Part shown: positions 1 to 9,940 of the stretch, piece by piece | Position numbering within the stretch: position 1 is the stretch's first letter | How the letters are laid out: each line of letters begins with the position of its first letter | Assembly: GCF_006345805.1 (NCBI RefSeq) | Contig: NC_042997.1 | Coordinates: forward strand, 144,522,001 to 144,586,000 | Direction of reading: 5' to 3' | Source of the DNA: Octopus sinensis | Lineage: Eukaryota | DNA: 64,000 nucleotides | The notes under the pieces: model-generated | What the model was told of the DNA's origin: nothing | The model's database searches: none | Seen by the model: the letters and a program-made list of their open reading frames with translations, nothing else | Made by a program: the position numbers and the translations under genes

Positions 1-316
1 ACCTGATTAAAAAAGAAAATAGGAAAATGCATTGATAAAATATGGTAAAATTCAGAATCTAAGATTATAAATAATGGTTATATGGTTAAGAAGGTTGTTC
101 AGAACCACGTGCTTTAAAGTGTCTTCAAACTATAGCCTCAGGATCACCAATGCTTTGTAAATGTAATTAGTAGACAGAAACCCTAAGAAACACATCAAAT
201 ATATATATATATATATAAGTTCAGCAAAATTTAGATTCAAATGAATATGGTACTTAAGTTAGATGCACCAGAATTTTGTATGGTTTTATCCATATAAATC
301 CATGGGGTGATTATAA

Positions 317-544
317 TCAAAATAAGCAACGAGAATATCTTCAGTAATTTGGTACGATCGTTTCATGCTACATCATTATATTTAACATTGTAAGTATTAC
401 AACAGTTTTAAAATGTTGAGCAATCATCAATCATTTATTGCTCAACATTTTAAAACTGTTGTAATACTTACAATGTTTAATAAAATGATGTAGCGTGAAA
501 CGATTGTACCAAATTACCGAAGATATTCTTGTTGCTTATTTTGA
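317..544. repeat. Long foldback palindrome (about 108-bp arms, 12-nt loop)
   Basis: Left arm 317-424 (TCAAAATAAGCAAC...ATGTTGAGCAAT) is the near-perfect reverse complement of 437-544 (ATTGCTCAACAT...GTTGCTTATTTTGA); loop CATCAATCATTT. Confidence 0.9.
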
Positions 545-869
545 GTGTATATATATATATATACGAGCAAAACGCCCCACCCTCCCGTCCAATGGACAGT
601 GCTGAGTTGTCAAACTTTTAAACCAAAGTTTCTCAAAACATCTTGTCCAACTGTCCCAGAGGCCTCCCTTTTGAGAAACACTGATTTAACCTAGATTTGA
701 GACACCAGCAAAAGAAGATGTAAAGATAGACTTTTTTTCTATTCCAAAGAAAAACGATTTTATTCCCACAAATATGCAACCGAAGAGTTTAAAGTACCAG
801 TAATGATAAGGCTTATATAGAATGTGACATTTGAGCTATACCAATGATTTGCAAAGCTCACAGATGCTG

Positions 870-1146
870 CAAATAAGAGGATTATGGGTCCTCATATTGC
901 GCAAACTGCATGTGCATTTTTTCGCGTATGCGTAATATCGATCGCAACAGCTGATGTACTTGCATGTACAAATGCATTGATCTCATTCTCACCTGGAATC
1001 GATTTTTGTAATTTTTTCAAGACTTATACACGCCCTGATACTGTCGGTATCTACATATCAAATTTGAGCGCAATCGGATGGAGGATGTCCAAGATCCTAG
1101 AAGACACATGCACACAGACAGACAGAATGGATTTTATATAATAGAT
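870..1146 (+). mobile_element. Possible non-autonomous Helentron/HINE (DINE-1-like) 3' fragment
   Basis: AAATTTGAGCGCAATCGG motif, then an ACAGACAGACAG microsatellite and a TTTTATATAATAGAT end. This resembles HINE architecture; family assignment is by pattern recall only. Confidence 0.4.
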
Positions 1147-1300
1147 AATGTGTATGTGTGTGTATGTGCGTGTGTCTGAATGTATGTAAAGGGTAAAGAC
1201 TCCTTTCGGTGATAAATGACCATGGGATTGCACCATCCAACCCATGCCAGCATGGAAAACAAACATTACATGATGATGATCCCCTTTGAAGTCTCAAACC

Positions 1301-1464
1301 CACTAGTGTAGCTGGAAGGGGGTGGGGGCATAGAGGCGGTCCACCCCAGGCGGCACTTTTGGTCTGCTGCAGGCAATATGTGTTTTTTGTGGGGTCTGGG
1401 GTGGGGGTGGGGGCAGCAAATGGAAGGGCTGACCCAGGTGGCGCACACTCTAGCTACACTAGTG
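1301..1464. mobile_element. hAT-type MITE, 164 bp
   Basis: TIRs CACTAGTGTAGCTGGA / TCTAGCTACACTAGTG; 8-bp TSD CTCAAACC (1293-1300) / CTCAAACG (1465-1472). Confidence 0.8.
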
Positions 1465-1645
1465 CTCAAACGTATGGAAATAATACACGATTAATTCAAA
1501 ACATTGTGAATAACTAAGCATCACATTTGACAAAGTAATCTGAATGGTAAAGGGTTAAATTAGAGGAATAATCCCTCTGCTAGAAATAGATAGAAAAAAA
1601 AAGGAATAAAAAAAACAAAAACTTCCCCTCCAGCTGTAGCCTTAC

Positions 1646-1739
1646 CTCATGTAGCGAGCGCAAGATTTGATCTTCTCTACCAGTTGTTGATGTGTTGCTT
1701 GCTCAACACTATCACCGTTCACAGATAAGATAACATCAC
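1646..1739 (-). CDS. TAMALIN: Tamalin/GRASP-CYTIP-like PDZ scaffold, exon encoding the C-terminal half of the PDZ domain
   Basis: Minus strand: ttttttccctaatcag|GT GAT GTT...ATG AG|gtaagg. 94 nt, phase 1 to phase 2, translating (G)DVILSVNGDSVEQATHQQLVEKIKSCARYM(R). GDxIxSVNG and the alphaB His are PDZ hallmarks. Confidence 0.93.
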
Positions 1740-1861
1740 CTGATTAGGGAAAAAACAAACGAAAAAGAAATTAAAATGTGATGACATCATGCTTAATGAC
1801 TTATTCAGCAGGTTAATTAGTTGAAAAACAAATAAACAAAAAAAAAAAGAGTAATAGCAGT

Positions 1862-2200
1862 AGGAGTGGTGGTGGTGAAAGTGGTTGTAGTAGTAGCAAT
1901 GGTAGTGCTGGTACTGAAAGAGATAGTGGTCATAGTAGTAGTAGTAGTAGTAACAGCAATGGTGGTGGTGCTTCTGAAAGAAGTAGTGGTCGTAGTAGTA
2001 GTAGTAGCAATGGTGGTGGCAGTGCTGAAAGAGACAGTAGTAGTAGTAGCAGCAGCAATGGTGATGATGAATGTGCTAGTAGTAGTAGTTGTAATAGTGG
2101 TGGTGGTTCTGATGAAAGTACTAGTAGTAGTAATAGCAATGGTGGTGGTGATAGGGACAGTACCAGTAGTTGTAGTGGTGGCGATGATAGTAGTAGTAGT
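1862..2200. repeat. Imperfect (GTA/GTG) trinucleotide repeat with higher-order units
   Basis: Recurrent GTAGTAGCAATGGTGGTG...CTGAAAG units; explains the poly-V and poly-L pseudo-ORFs. Confidence 0.9.
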
Positions 2201-2575
2201 TGGAAAGCTTGTTTTTTAGCCATGTGGTCTCCGGTTCAAAACCACTGAATGGCATCTTGGGCAAGTGTTTTCTGCTGTAACCTTAGTCCTGCCAAAACTT
2301 TGTGAGTTGATTTGGTAGGCTGAAACTGAAAGAAGCCCTATATATGAGTGTGTGTAAGTATGTATCCATGTTTTGGCATCACAGGATGGTTGTAAACAAG
2401 CATCACTGTCATCTAAGCGTTGTTGTTTGTTTTTAGCCTTCTGTGAAGAACATGTCTGGCCATGGGGTAATATTACCTTGCTAGGTGACAGGAATGGCAA
2501 CTGGCCACAGAAATCTGCCTCAAATTCCATCTGACCCATGCAGACATGGAAAAGTAGATATTACACAATGCTGAT
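2200..2575 (+). mobile_element. CORE-type SINE with RTE-type 3' tail (degenerate)
   Basis: CTTGGGCAAGTG core and GAAACTGAAAGAAGCCC, then a different body ending ACCCATGCAGACATGGAAAAG...ATGCTGATG. Confidence 0.65.
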
Positions 2576-2576
2576 G

Positions 2577-2609
<33 letters not shown>

Positions 2610-3245
2610 AGTGCCATGTAAAAGACACCCATACTGGTGCTATGTAAAAGCATCAAGTACACTCTATAAAGTGGTTGGCGTTAGGAAGGGCATCCAACCA
2701 AAGCGGACAACTAGAACCTAAACAGTCCTTCAGTTGGTCAGCTTCTGTTAAACCATCCAACCCATGCCAGCATGGAAAACAGACATTAAATGATGATGAT
2801 GATGATATGAAGAGATACTAGTACAATACAAAAGATAAATATATTAATCTCAATCTTGTTCATTCTCTCTCTTTGAATGCAAACAATAGTAATTAGCCTG
2901 ATAAACCTAGTTCTTGACAAAGGTTAATACTTCTGAACACAGATACACACTTCATGGACATGAGTTGTATAACATTAAGAGACTGCAACTTAATATATTT
3001 ACATACATGTCTATGCATGTGTGCATATATATCCATATTTAGATAATAAAATAGAAGATGGACAAATGATTGTTAATGACATTAAAATATGTCTGTATCT
3101 ATTATATATCTCTGGACATATTCTTACCCATTATACACATACCCACATGTATAGATAGATAGATAGATAGATAAACTTACTTGGAAATGGATGCGTGGTA
3201 TTCAATCACATAATAATATAAATAAATATATATATATATATTTAT

Positions 3246-5382
3246 TGCACATCGCCTAAACAAACAATTGAATGCACATCGCCTAAACAAACAAATTGAA
3301 TGCACATCGCCTAAACAAACAAATTGAAAGCAGTGAAAAGTCCCGCCTGAAAATAAAACTGTTAGAAATTGAAAATTGTCTGCAACTCTCCCATGAGAAG
3401 GAGAGAGCAGACAAAGAAGCCTGGGCTATAGACAACATAAAAACTAACCCCAGAGCTTTCTACAGGTATACCAAAGAAACAGCTACGGTGCACTGTAGGA
3501 TAGGGCCACTCCTTGAAAAGGATGGCACACTCACAGGAAAACCAATGAGGGTAAGTGAAATACTGAATGAACAATTCAAGAGTGTTTTCACCCCACCCCT
3601 TGGCATTTCCAAATCAGCAATCCAACTGACTTCTTTACCACTGCAGATATAGAATCAGAGGCGGCGACGATAAATACATCGATATAAGGAAGACGATGTA
3701 ATAAGGCTATAGATGAAATGAAAACAGACTCAGCTATTGGCCCCGATGGATTCCCGGCAATCCTCCTAAAAGTATGTAAGAGAGTCCTAGCAAGACCACT
3801 GCAGTTCCTCTTTCAGAGCTTCCTTGCAGCTGGCAAACTTCAAGAAAACTGAAGGAAGGTAAAATATGCCCTATTCATAAAGGAGGTAGCAGAGCGGAGG
3901 CCAAGAACTACAGACCTATCTCTCTGACCTCACACATCAGCAAGATCATGGAATGAATATGTCAGAAGGAAACTAATCACCTTCCTTGAAGAAAATGACT
4001 TGCTGCCTGACACCCAACATGGTTTCCGACCAGGAAGAAGCTGCTTAACTCAGCTCCTGCAGCACTTTGACTGGGTGCTGAAACAACTGCTCAACCACTC
4101 AAATGGTGGAGTCATATATCTCGACTTCGCAAAGGCCTTCGATAAAGTCGATCATGGAATGATATGTCACAAACTGCGTGATCTTGGCATAGTTGGAAAA
4201 CTAGGAGAATGGCTTCATGACTTTCTGAAGAATAGAAGCCAGGTGGTAACAGCCAATGGAGCCACTTCCATTAGCATGCAAATTGTGAGCGGTGTTCCAC
4301 AGGGCACTGTTTTGGGACCACTACTGTTCATAATGGTCCTCTCAGACATGCCCTCAGCCACGCGGAGAGCCACGATCACAAGTTATGCAGATGATACAAA
4401 AGTTTCACAGGCAATACAGAACCCTAAAGACACTAGGCACCTGCAATGTGAGCTGGACGAAATATACAAGTGGGCTGAAAAGAATAGCATGCAGTTCAAT
4501 GCTGAAAAGTTTCAAGCTTTATACTATCAGCATGCAAAACTGAATGCAATACCCAATGAATACACTGGACCCGGAGGGATTGCAATCCCAGAGGCGCAAT
4601 CAGTGCGTGACCTCGGTATTCACATGAGTGATGACGCGACCTTTCATGTACATGTTGCTAAACTGACAATGAAATGCAGACGGCTGGCTGGATGGATTCT
4701 TAGAACCTTTAGAACAAGAGAACAAGAAACCATGATGGTCCTCTGGAAGACACTTGTCCTAAGCCACTTTGACTATTGCTCTCAGCTATGGTCACCATCC
4801 AGTGTCAAGTTGATCACAGAACTTGAGGCGATCCAACGAAGCTACACGAAGAAGATAGCCTCTGTACAGCATACGAGCTACTGGGAGAGACTCAAGAGAT
4901 TAAAGCTCTATTCCCTGGAGCGTAGGCGAGAAAGATATGCCATAATATATATCTGGAAGATCCTGGAAGGTCTTGTCCCAGACTTTGGCATCGAGAGTCA
5001 CACAAACGCCAGAACCGGACGCCACTGCGTAGTACCAAGGACTCCAATTTGCCATCAAGATGTAGGACAAGATATTGTGATAGCCTGGGCTTCAGAGGAC
5101 CACGGCTCTTCTATGTCCTCCCGAAGAACCTGAGGACCTGCATGGTGTAGATCGGATGTCTTTAAAGTAGGACTGGATCTCTTCCTGTCAGGTGTCCCGG
5201 ATGAACCACTTCACGGCAGGAGGTGCAGATGAGGGCAGCTGCATCGAACTCTCTCATGCATCAGATGGCGTTTGCTAAAAAGCATCCGTGAGGTAAACCC
5301 GTGTAGCAAACCAAATGGCGGTGCCCCAGCATGGCCACAGCTCATTAGCTGAAACTGGAAAAATCAAAATCAAATCAAAATC
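3246..5382 (+). mobile_element. 5'-truncated non-LTR retrotransposon (CR1/L2-like LINE), frameshifted, antisense to the host gene
   Basis: GPDGF, NYRPISLTS, QHGF, YLDFAKAFDKV, GVPQGTVLGPLLF, YADD, RDLG and LERRRER motifs (ORFs 3296-3652 and 4000-5133 plus frameshifted segments); 3' UTR ends in an (AAATC)n tail at about 5360-5382. Confidence 0.95.
4000..5133 (+). pseudogene. LINE reverse transcriptase domain, open for 377 codons within a disrupted ORF2
   Basis: RT motifs including catalytic YADD are intact; upstream frameshifts and a stop at about 3840-3960; no endonuclease domain present. Confidence 0.9.
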
Positions 5383-5640
5383 ATGTGGAGGCGCGTGGCT
5401 TAGTGGTTAAGGAGTCAGCATCATGATCATAAGATTGTGATTTCGATTCCTGGATCGGGCGACGTGTTGTGTTCTTGAGCAAAACACTTCATTTCATGTT
5501 GCTCCAGTCCCCTCAGCTGGCAAAAAGGAGTAATGCTGCGATGGACTGGCGTCCCATCCAGCTGGGAAACACATACGCCATAGAAACAGGGAAACCGGGC
5601 CCATGAGCCTGGCTAGGCTTTAAAAGGGCACATTTATTTA
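5383..5640 (+). mobile_element. tRNA-derived SINE (CORE-like plus V-domain-like body)
   Basis: A-box-like TGGCTTAGTGG and B-box-like TTCGATTCC; TGTGTTCTTGAGCAAAACACTT; GCGATGGACTGGCGTCCCATCCAG; inverted copy at 19853-20106. Confidence 0.85.
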
Positions 5641-5643
5641 TTT

Positions 5644-5941
5644 TATATATATGCATATATGGATACAGGATGTCACAAAATGTAAACAACATGAAATACA
5701 AAGACAAACATGGGTATGCGAACAACGAGAAAAACAAATGAAAAACAAGACAAGTAACATAAGGATACTTCATCAGTTGTTCATCTACTCCACATTTTGA
5801 GCAGTGGAGTAGATGAACAGCCAACAACTGACAAAGGGTCGTTCTTTATGTTACTTGTCTTGTTTTCCCCGTTGTTTGTATACCCAAGTTTGCCTTCATA
5901 TTTCATGCTGTTTACATTTTGTGATGTCCTGTACCCATATA

Positions 5942-5955
<14 letters not shown>
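5644..5955. repeat. Foldback element embedded in (TA)n
   Basis: Inner stem TGTTCATCTACTCCAC (5778-5793) / GTGGAGTAGATGAACA (5804-5819); arms extend imperfectly to ATATATGCATATATGG at both ends; ORF-track peptides on opposite strands are near-identical (FMLFTFCDILYPYMHIY / FMLFTFCDVLYPYMHIY). Confidence 0.85.
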
Positions 5956-5990
<35 letters not shown>

Positions 5991-6044
5991 ATGTACATAT
6001 AAATATACATATATTATTTATATTATTCTTTTCTACTCTAGGTA

Positions 6045-6235
6045 CAAGGCCCGAAATTTTGGGAGAGGGCCAGTCAAACTGACCCCAGTATGCAACTGGT
6101 ACTTAACTTATCAACCCTTGAAAGGATGAAAGGCAAAGTCGACCTCGGCATAATTTGATCTCAGAACATAAAGACAGACAAAATATTGCTAAGCATTTCG
6201 CCTTGGCATGCTAACATTTCTACTAGTTCACCACC
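6045..6235 (-). mobile_element. SINE family A (Meta-domain-like)
   Basis: AAAGGATGAAAGGCAAAGTCGACCTCGG...GCTAAGCATTTCG, the reverse complement of the family A consensus seen at 12623. Confidence 0.75.
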
Positions 6236-6324
6236 GTCTATTTGTATTATTATCATTATTTTATTTATATTATATATATATATATATACATGCATGCCAC
6301 ACACAAACGTTAGGGTAGATGTGT

Positions 6325-6712
6325 TTATTTCCCAACCACATTATTCTAGGTTCAGTCCCACTGTATGGTACCTTGGGCAAGTGTCTTCTACTCCTGCTTC
6401 AGGCTGATAAAAACTTTGTGAATGAATTTGGGAGGTGGAAACTGAAAGAAGCCCCATCATATGTGTGTGTGTGTATTTCCTCCATTTTGGCATTACATAA
6501 AGGCTGTAAATGAGTATCACTGTTATACAAGCAGTGTCATTTTATTTCCATGATTCTGCAAGTATATGTCTAGTCATGGGGGAAATATTACATTGTTTGG
6601 AAACAGGTGAGGTTTGGTGACAGGAAGAGCATCCAGCTTTCAAAAATCTGCATCAATAAACTCCATTTGATGCATACAAACATGGAAAAGTAAGTGAATG
6701 ATGTTGATGATG
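6325..6712 (+). mobile_element. CORE-type SINE with RTE-type tail
   Basis: GGTTCAGTCCCACTG...ACCTTGGGCAAGTGTCTTCTA head; tail GGAAGAGCATCCAGC...CATGGAAAAG...ATGATG. Confidence 0.7.
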
Positions 6713-7412
6713 GATATCCTATCTAATCTCTTGCACAAATTATCCCCCTCCACTAATCATTTCTTGTACTCCAGCTCTCCTTTGATAACATTTTATTTTT
6801 CTTGTAACTTGCAGCTGTTTTGTTTGTTGTGCAAAGACTAGAAAGAAATGAGGCAAGCATGATTTGCTGGATGTGTAACTTTATTGTATAAGAACAAGGA
6901 GAAGCATAAATGAGATAAGAGAAACACTGAGTTATATGAAGAATCGGATGCAATGAATAAGAGAGAAGACTAACAAAATGGACATATGATATAAATGGAG
7001 TATGACAGTGGAAGGAACTTGCAGAAGAAGAAGGCCATAAAAATACATGAAAAGAAGTGGTTAAAAATAATCACTGGAGATTGGACTTCAAAAAGGAAAT
7101 GACAAAGGACCACAACAACTAACGAGGCACTGGTGCTGTAGGACTTGTCTTTGGGAACAAAGTGGATACAAATCATGATGACAATAATGTAGTTCTAAGC
7201 GTCATTACTGCAGGTACATGCCTCTTGACCCTAGGTCAGTATTCATCTAGTAAGGCTTATGATCAAAGACGTTTTAGCCATTACCATCATGTCATATTTT
7301 AAAACGAGTGTATCAGAGACTACATAATTCAATGGGTCCTTCTCCTTAATATTTTTCCTTCCAAAGACAGTAGAATGGGATTTGAGAGAAATTTAACTGG
7401 GTTGCATTTTAA

Positions 7413-7632
7413 CCCTTTCATTACTGTATTTATTTTGAGATGCTCCGTGTTTCTTTCAATTATTTAAAATATTACAAAGAATTTAGTAAAATAACTTAGT
7501 TATCATTAAGCTAGTGTTAGGAACATAAATTTTGACTAAGGTTTGGTGGAAGATTTTAATTCAAAACTTATGTAAACAAGACATTTGTACTCAGAGCCAG
7601 AGCTGGTTTCAGCCAGGTTAGTAATGAAAGGG
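7413..7632. mobile_element. piggyBac-type MITE (TTAA/CCC ends), family P1
   Basis: TTAA CCCTTTCATTAC ... GTAATGAAAGGG (T)TTAA; inverted copies at 39957-40176 and 40531-40731. Confidence 0.8.
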
Positions 7633-8226
7633 TTTAACTGGACATGCAACCAGAAAATGGCTTCCTCTTTGGCTTGTGTAGCCCTGAGCACGTGCACGTG
7701 TATAAGTGTGTAATTGATATTGGGTTTAAATACAGATACACAAGTTTATTGTAAAAGTATAGAGGACTATTTAACACCCATATACATATACACAGATTCC
7801 CCCACAATTCTGTGTGTTTCAAAGATTTCTATGGGAGGATGACAAGTTATTGTTAACTCCATAAAGTCTCAACAGAATTTACATAATGATGTGTAAATAT
7901 GTACATATATTTATTTAAATATAGATCTAAGCCTTTATGCATGCATTCATGAGCATGTGAGAATATGTAAATGTGAGCATTGTTGTATGTGATTATGTAT
8001 GTGCATGAGAGAGAGAAAGAGATAATGCTTATATCATCTTCATATGAGGATCATCATCATCATTCTAATGTCCACTTTTCCATGCTTGTATGAGTCAGAT
8101 GAAATTCATTGTGGCAGATGTTTTATGGCTGAATATGCTTACTTGTCACCTTCATTGATATGGTTACATTGCAACTTGGCTAAGGCACAGATGTATAAAA
8201 TATAATGAACTTATAATGGAAATATG

Positions 8227-8440
8227 AGGCAGTGAGCTGGCAGAATCGTTAGCATGCTGAGTGAAATGCTTAGTGGCATTTCATCAGTCTTTGTGTTCTG
8301 AGTTCAAATTTTGCTGAGGTCGAGTTTACCTTTCATCCTTTCAGGATCAACAAATTAAGTACCAGTGAACACTGGGGTCGATATAATTTACTAGTCCTCT
8401 TCCGCCAAAGTTTCAGGCCTTGTGCCTTTAGTAGAAAGGA
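8227..8440 (+). mobile_element. SINE family A with (ATT)n tail
   Basis: GGCAGTGAGCTGGCAGAATCGTTAGC head, CCTTTCATCCTTTC...AAGTACCAG body, GTAGAAAGGATTATTATT tail. Confidence 0.8.
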
Positions 8441-8468
8441 TTATTATTATTGTTGTTATTATTATTAT

Positions 8469-8917
8469 TGAGTGAGAGAGCAGTGCATGCCATCAAAGTG
8501 ACCCTGGGGTAAAATATACGAAGCCCAGTATACCCATCATGACTACCCATCTGATAAGGGTACACTAGGTACATGCATCACAACTATATGTGCGCGACAT
8601 GGTGATCTTATATGAAGATAAACAGCACATGACCTTGCAGGTGGGGTGCAGTTAGAATTTTCTTCTGGTCGAGTAGCCCATCCCACTCAAAAGGTCCCTG
8701 AATAAGGATTGTTTAAGGATGTTGAACGAACCACCCATGTTTCCAAAGGTGAATTATCCAAACCTCTAAGGGACAAGGTCAACTGGTTAAGGTCAAATCT
8801 GTGGTACTGAGCAAATCTGTGGTATTGAGCAGAATATTTGCTGTAGCCCATCTTTTATAACGAGTGATGCTCCCCCACCACTGCTGCTCGTGATCAAAGA
8901 TGCACATATTGTCAGCC
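8469..8917 (+). mobile_element. Non-coding element family E, rearranged copy, flanked by (ATT)n
   Basis: Reverse complement of 14393-14957 and 58764-59318, with an internal deletion/rearrangement and an 18-bp duplication (CAAATCTGTGGTA..GAG). Strand label is arbitrary. Confidence 0.8.
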
Positions 8918-8938
8918 TATTATTATTATTATTATTAT

Positions 8939-9150
8939 TAAGGTGGCAAGCTGGCAGAATTGTTAGCATGCCAGGTGAAATGCTTAGCAACACTTTGACC
9001 GTCTTTACATTCTGAGTTCAAATTCCGCTGAGGTTGACTTTGCCTTTCATCCTTTTGGGGATCAATAAAATAAGTACTAGTTGAGTACTGGGGTTGATGG
9101 AATCAACTTACTCCCTTCCACCTGAAATAGCTGGCCTTCTGTCAAAATTC
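8939..9150 (+). mobile_element. SINE family A
   Basis: AAGGTGGCAAGCTGGCAGAATTGTTAGC head and GCCTTTCATCCTTTTGGGG body. Confidence 0.75.
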
Positions 9151-9341
9151 GAAATACATTTTATACTTGCCCATTATAAACCCATTCAATGTATTTTATA
9201 TACGACCATTATAAACATACATATTTATATATTCTATATAAAGTCCATTTCATTTTCACTATATATTGCAGTAGGAAAGGAAACTCAGTAATGTTTACCA
9301 TTTCAGAATTTCTGCATAAGATCCTAAAATATCTCACTCAC

Positions 9342-9444
9342 CTTGTCGCATCCCTGCAATCCAGGCTGGCTTGTCGATTTCCACATAGTCTACATAAGTT
9401 GTGATTTCAATTTCATTATTTTTCTTATGTCGTATACCATATGT
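9342..9444 (-). CDS. TAMALIN: Tamalin/GRASP-CYTIP-like PDZ scaffold, middle PDZ exon
   Basis: cctcttttctag|ACA TAT GGT...CGA CAA G|gtgagt. 103 nt, phase 0 to phase 1, translating TYGIRHKKNNEIEITTYVDYVEIDKPAWIAGMRQ(G). The TYG...E..T.V..V...PA..AG pattern is typical of the GRASP/CYTIP PDZ. Confidence 0.94.
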
Positions 9445-9629
9445 CTAGAAAAGAGGAGATAGAATAGTAAGCAGCTGATCACATTTCATACATGTCACTG
9501 GTGGGATTTTCTAAATGACATGCCTAAATGGAAAATTACCTTGAAGTTTTTTTTTTGTAGTGTGGCCTGCCAGATGATGAGCAATGTCTCATGTGACCCA
9601 CTTCTTGACAAAGGTGGCCCATAACTAAC

Positions 9630-9940
9630 ATCATCATCATCATTTAATGTGTATTTTCCATGTTGGCATGGGTTGGATGGCTCGACAGGAGCTGACTAAG
9701 GTCAGGGGTTGCACAGGTTCCTTAGTCTGTTTTAGATTGGTTTCTATAGTTAAATGCCCTTCCTAATGCCAGCTACTTTACCGAGTGTACTGGATGCTTT
9801 TTACAAGGCATCAGCACAAGTGCTTTTTATGTGGCACCATCACTAGTGCTTTTTATGTGGCACCAGCAGTGCCTTTTACATGACACCAGTACCAATGCTT
9901 TTTATGTGACACTAGAAACAGAGCTTTTCATGTAGTACCA
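9630..9940 (-). mobile_element. Family D retroposon (RTE-type tail, internal repeats of about 20 bp)
   Basis: CATCATCATTTAATG...CCATG..GGCATGGGTTGGA reverse tail; GTGCTTTTTATGTGGCACCA repeats; a similar copy at about 10225-10580. Confidence 0.65.

Noticed and set aside
1866-2223. 117-aa poly-Val and 97-aa poly-Leu ORFs
   Set aside because: Translations of a trinucleotide repeat on opposite strands; no splice or homology support.
4000-5133. 377-aa ORF as a host gene
   Set aside because: It is the RT domain of a frameshifted, 5'-truncated LINE.
5760-5780. CTGATGA (minus strand) in the foldback element as a hammerhead ribozyme
   Set aside because: No stem II and no GAAA follow the core.
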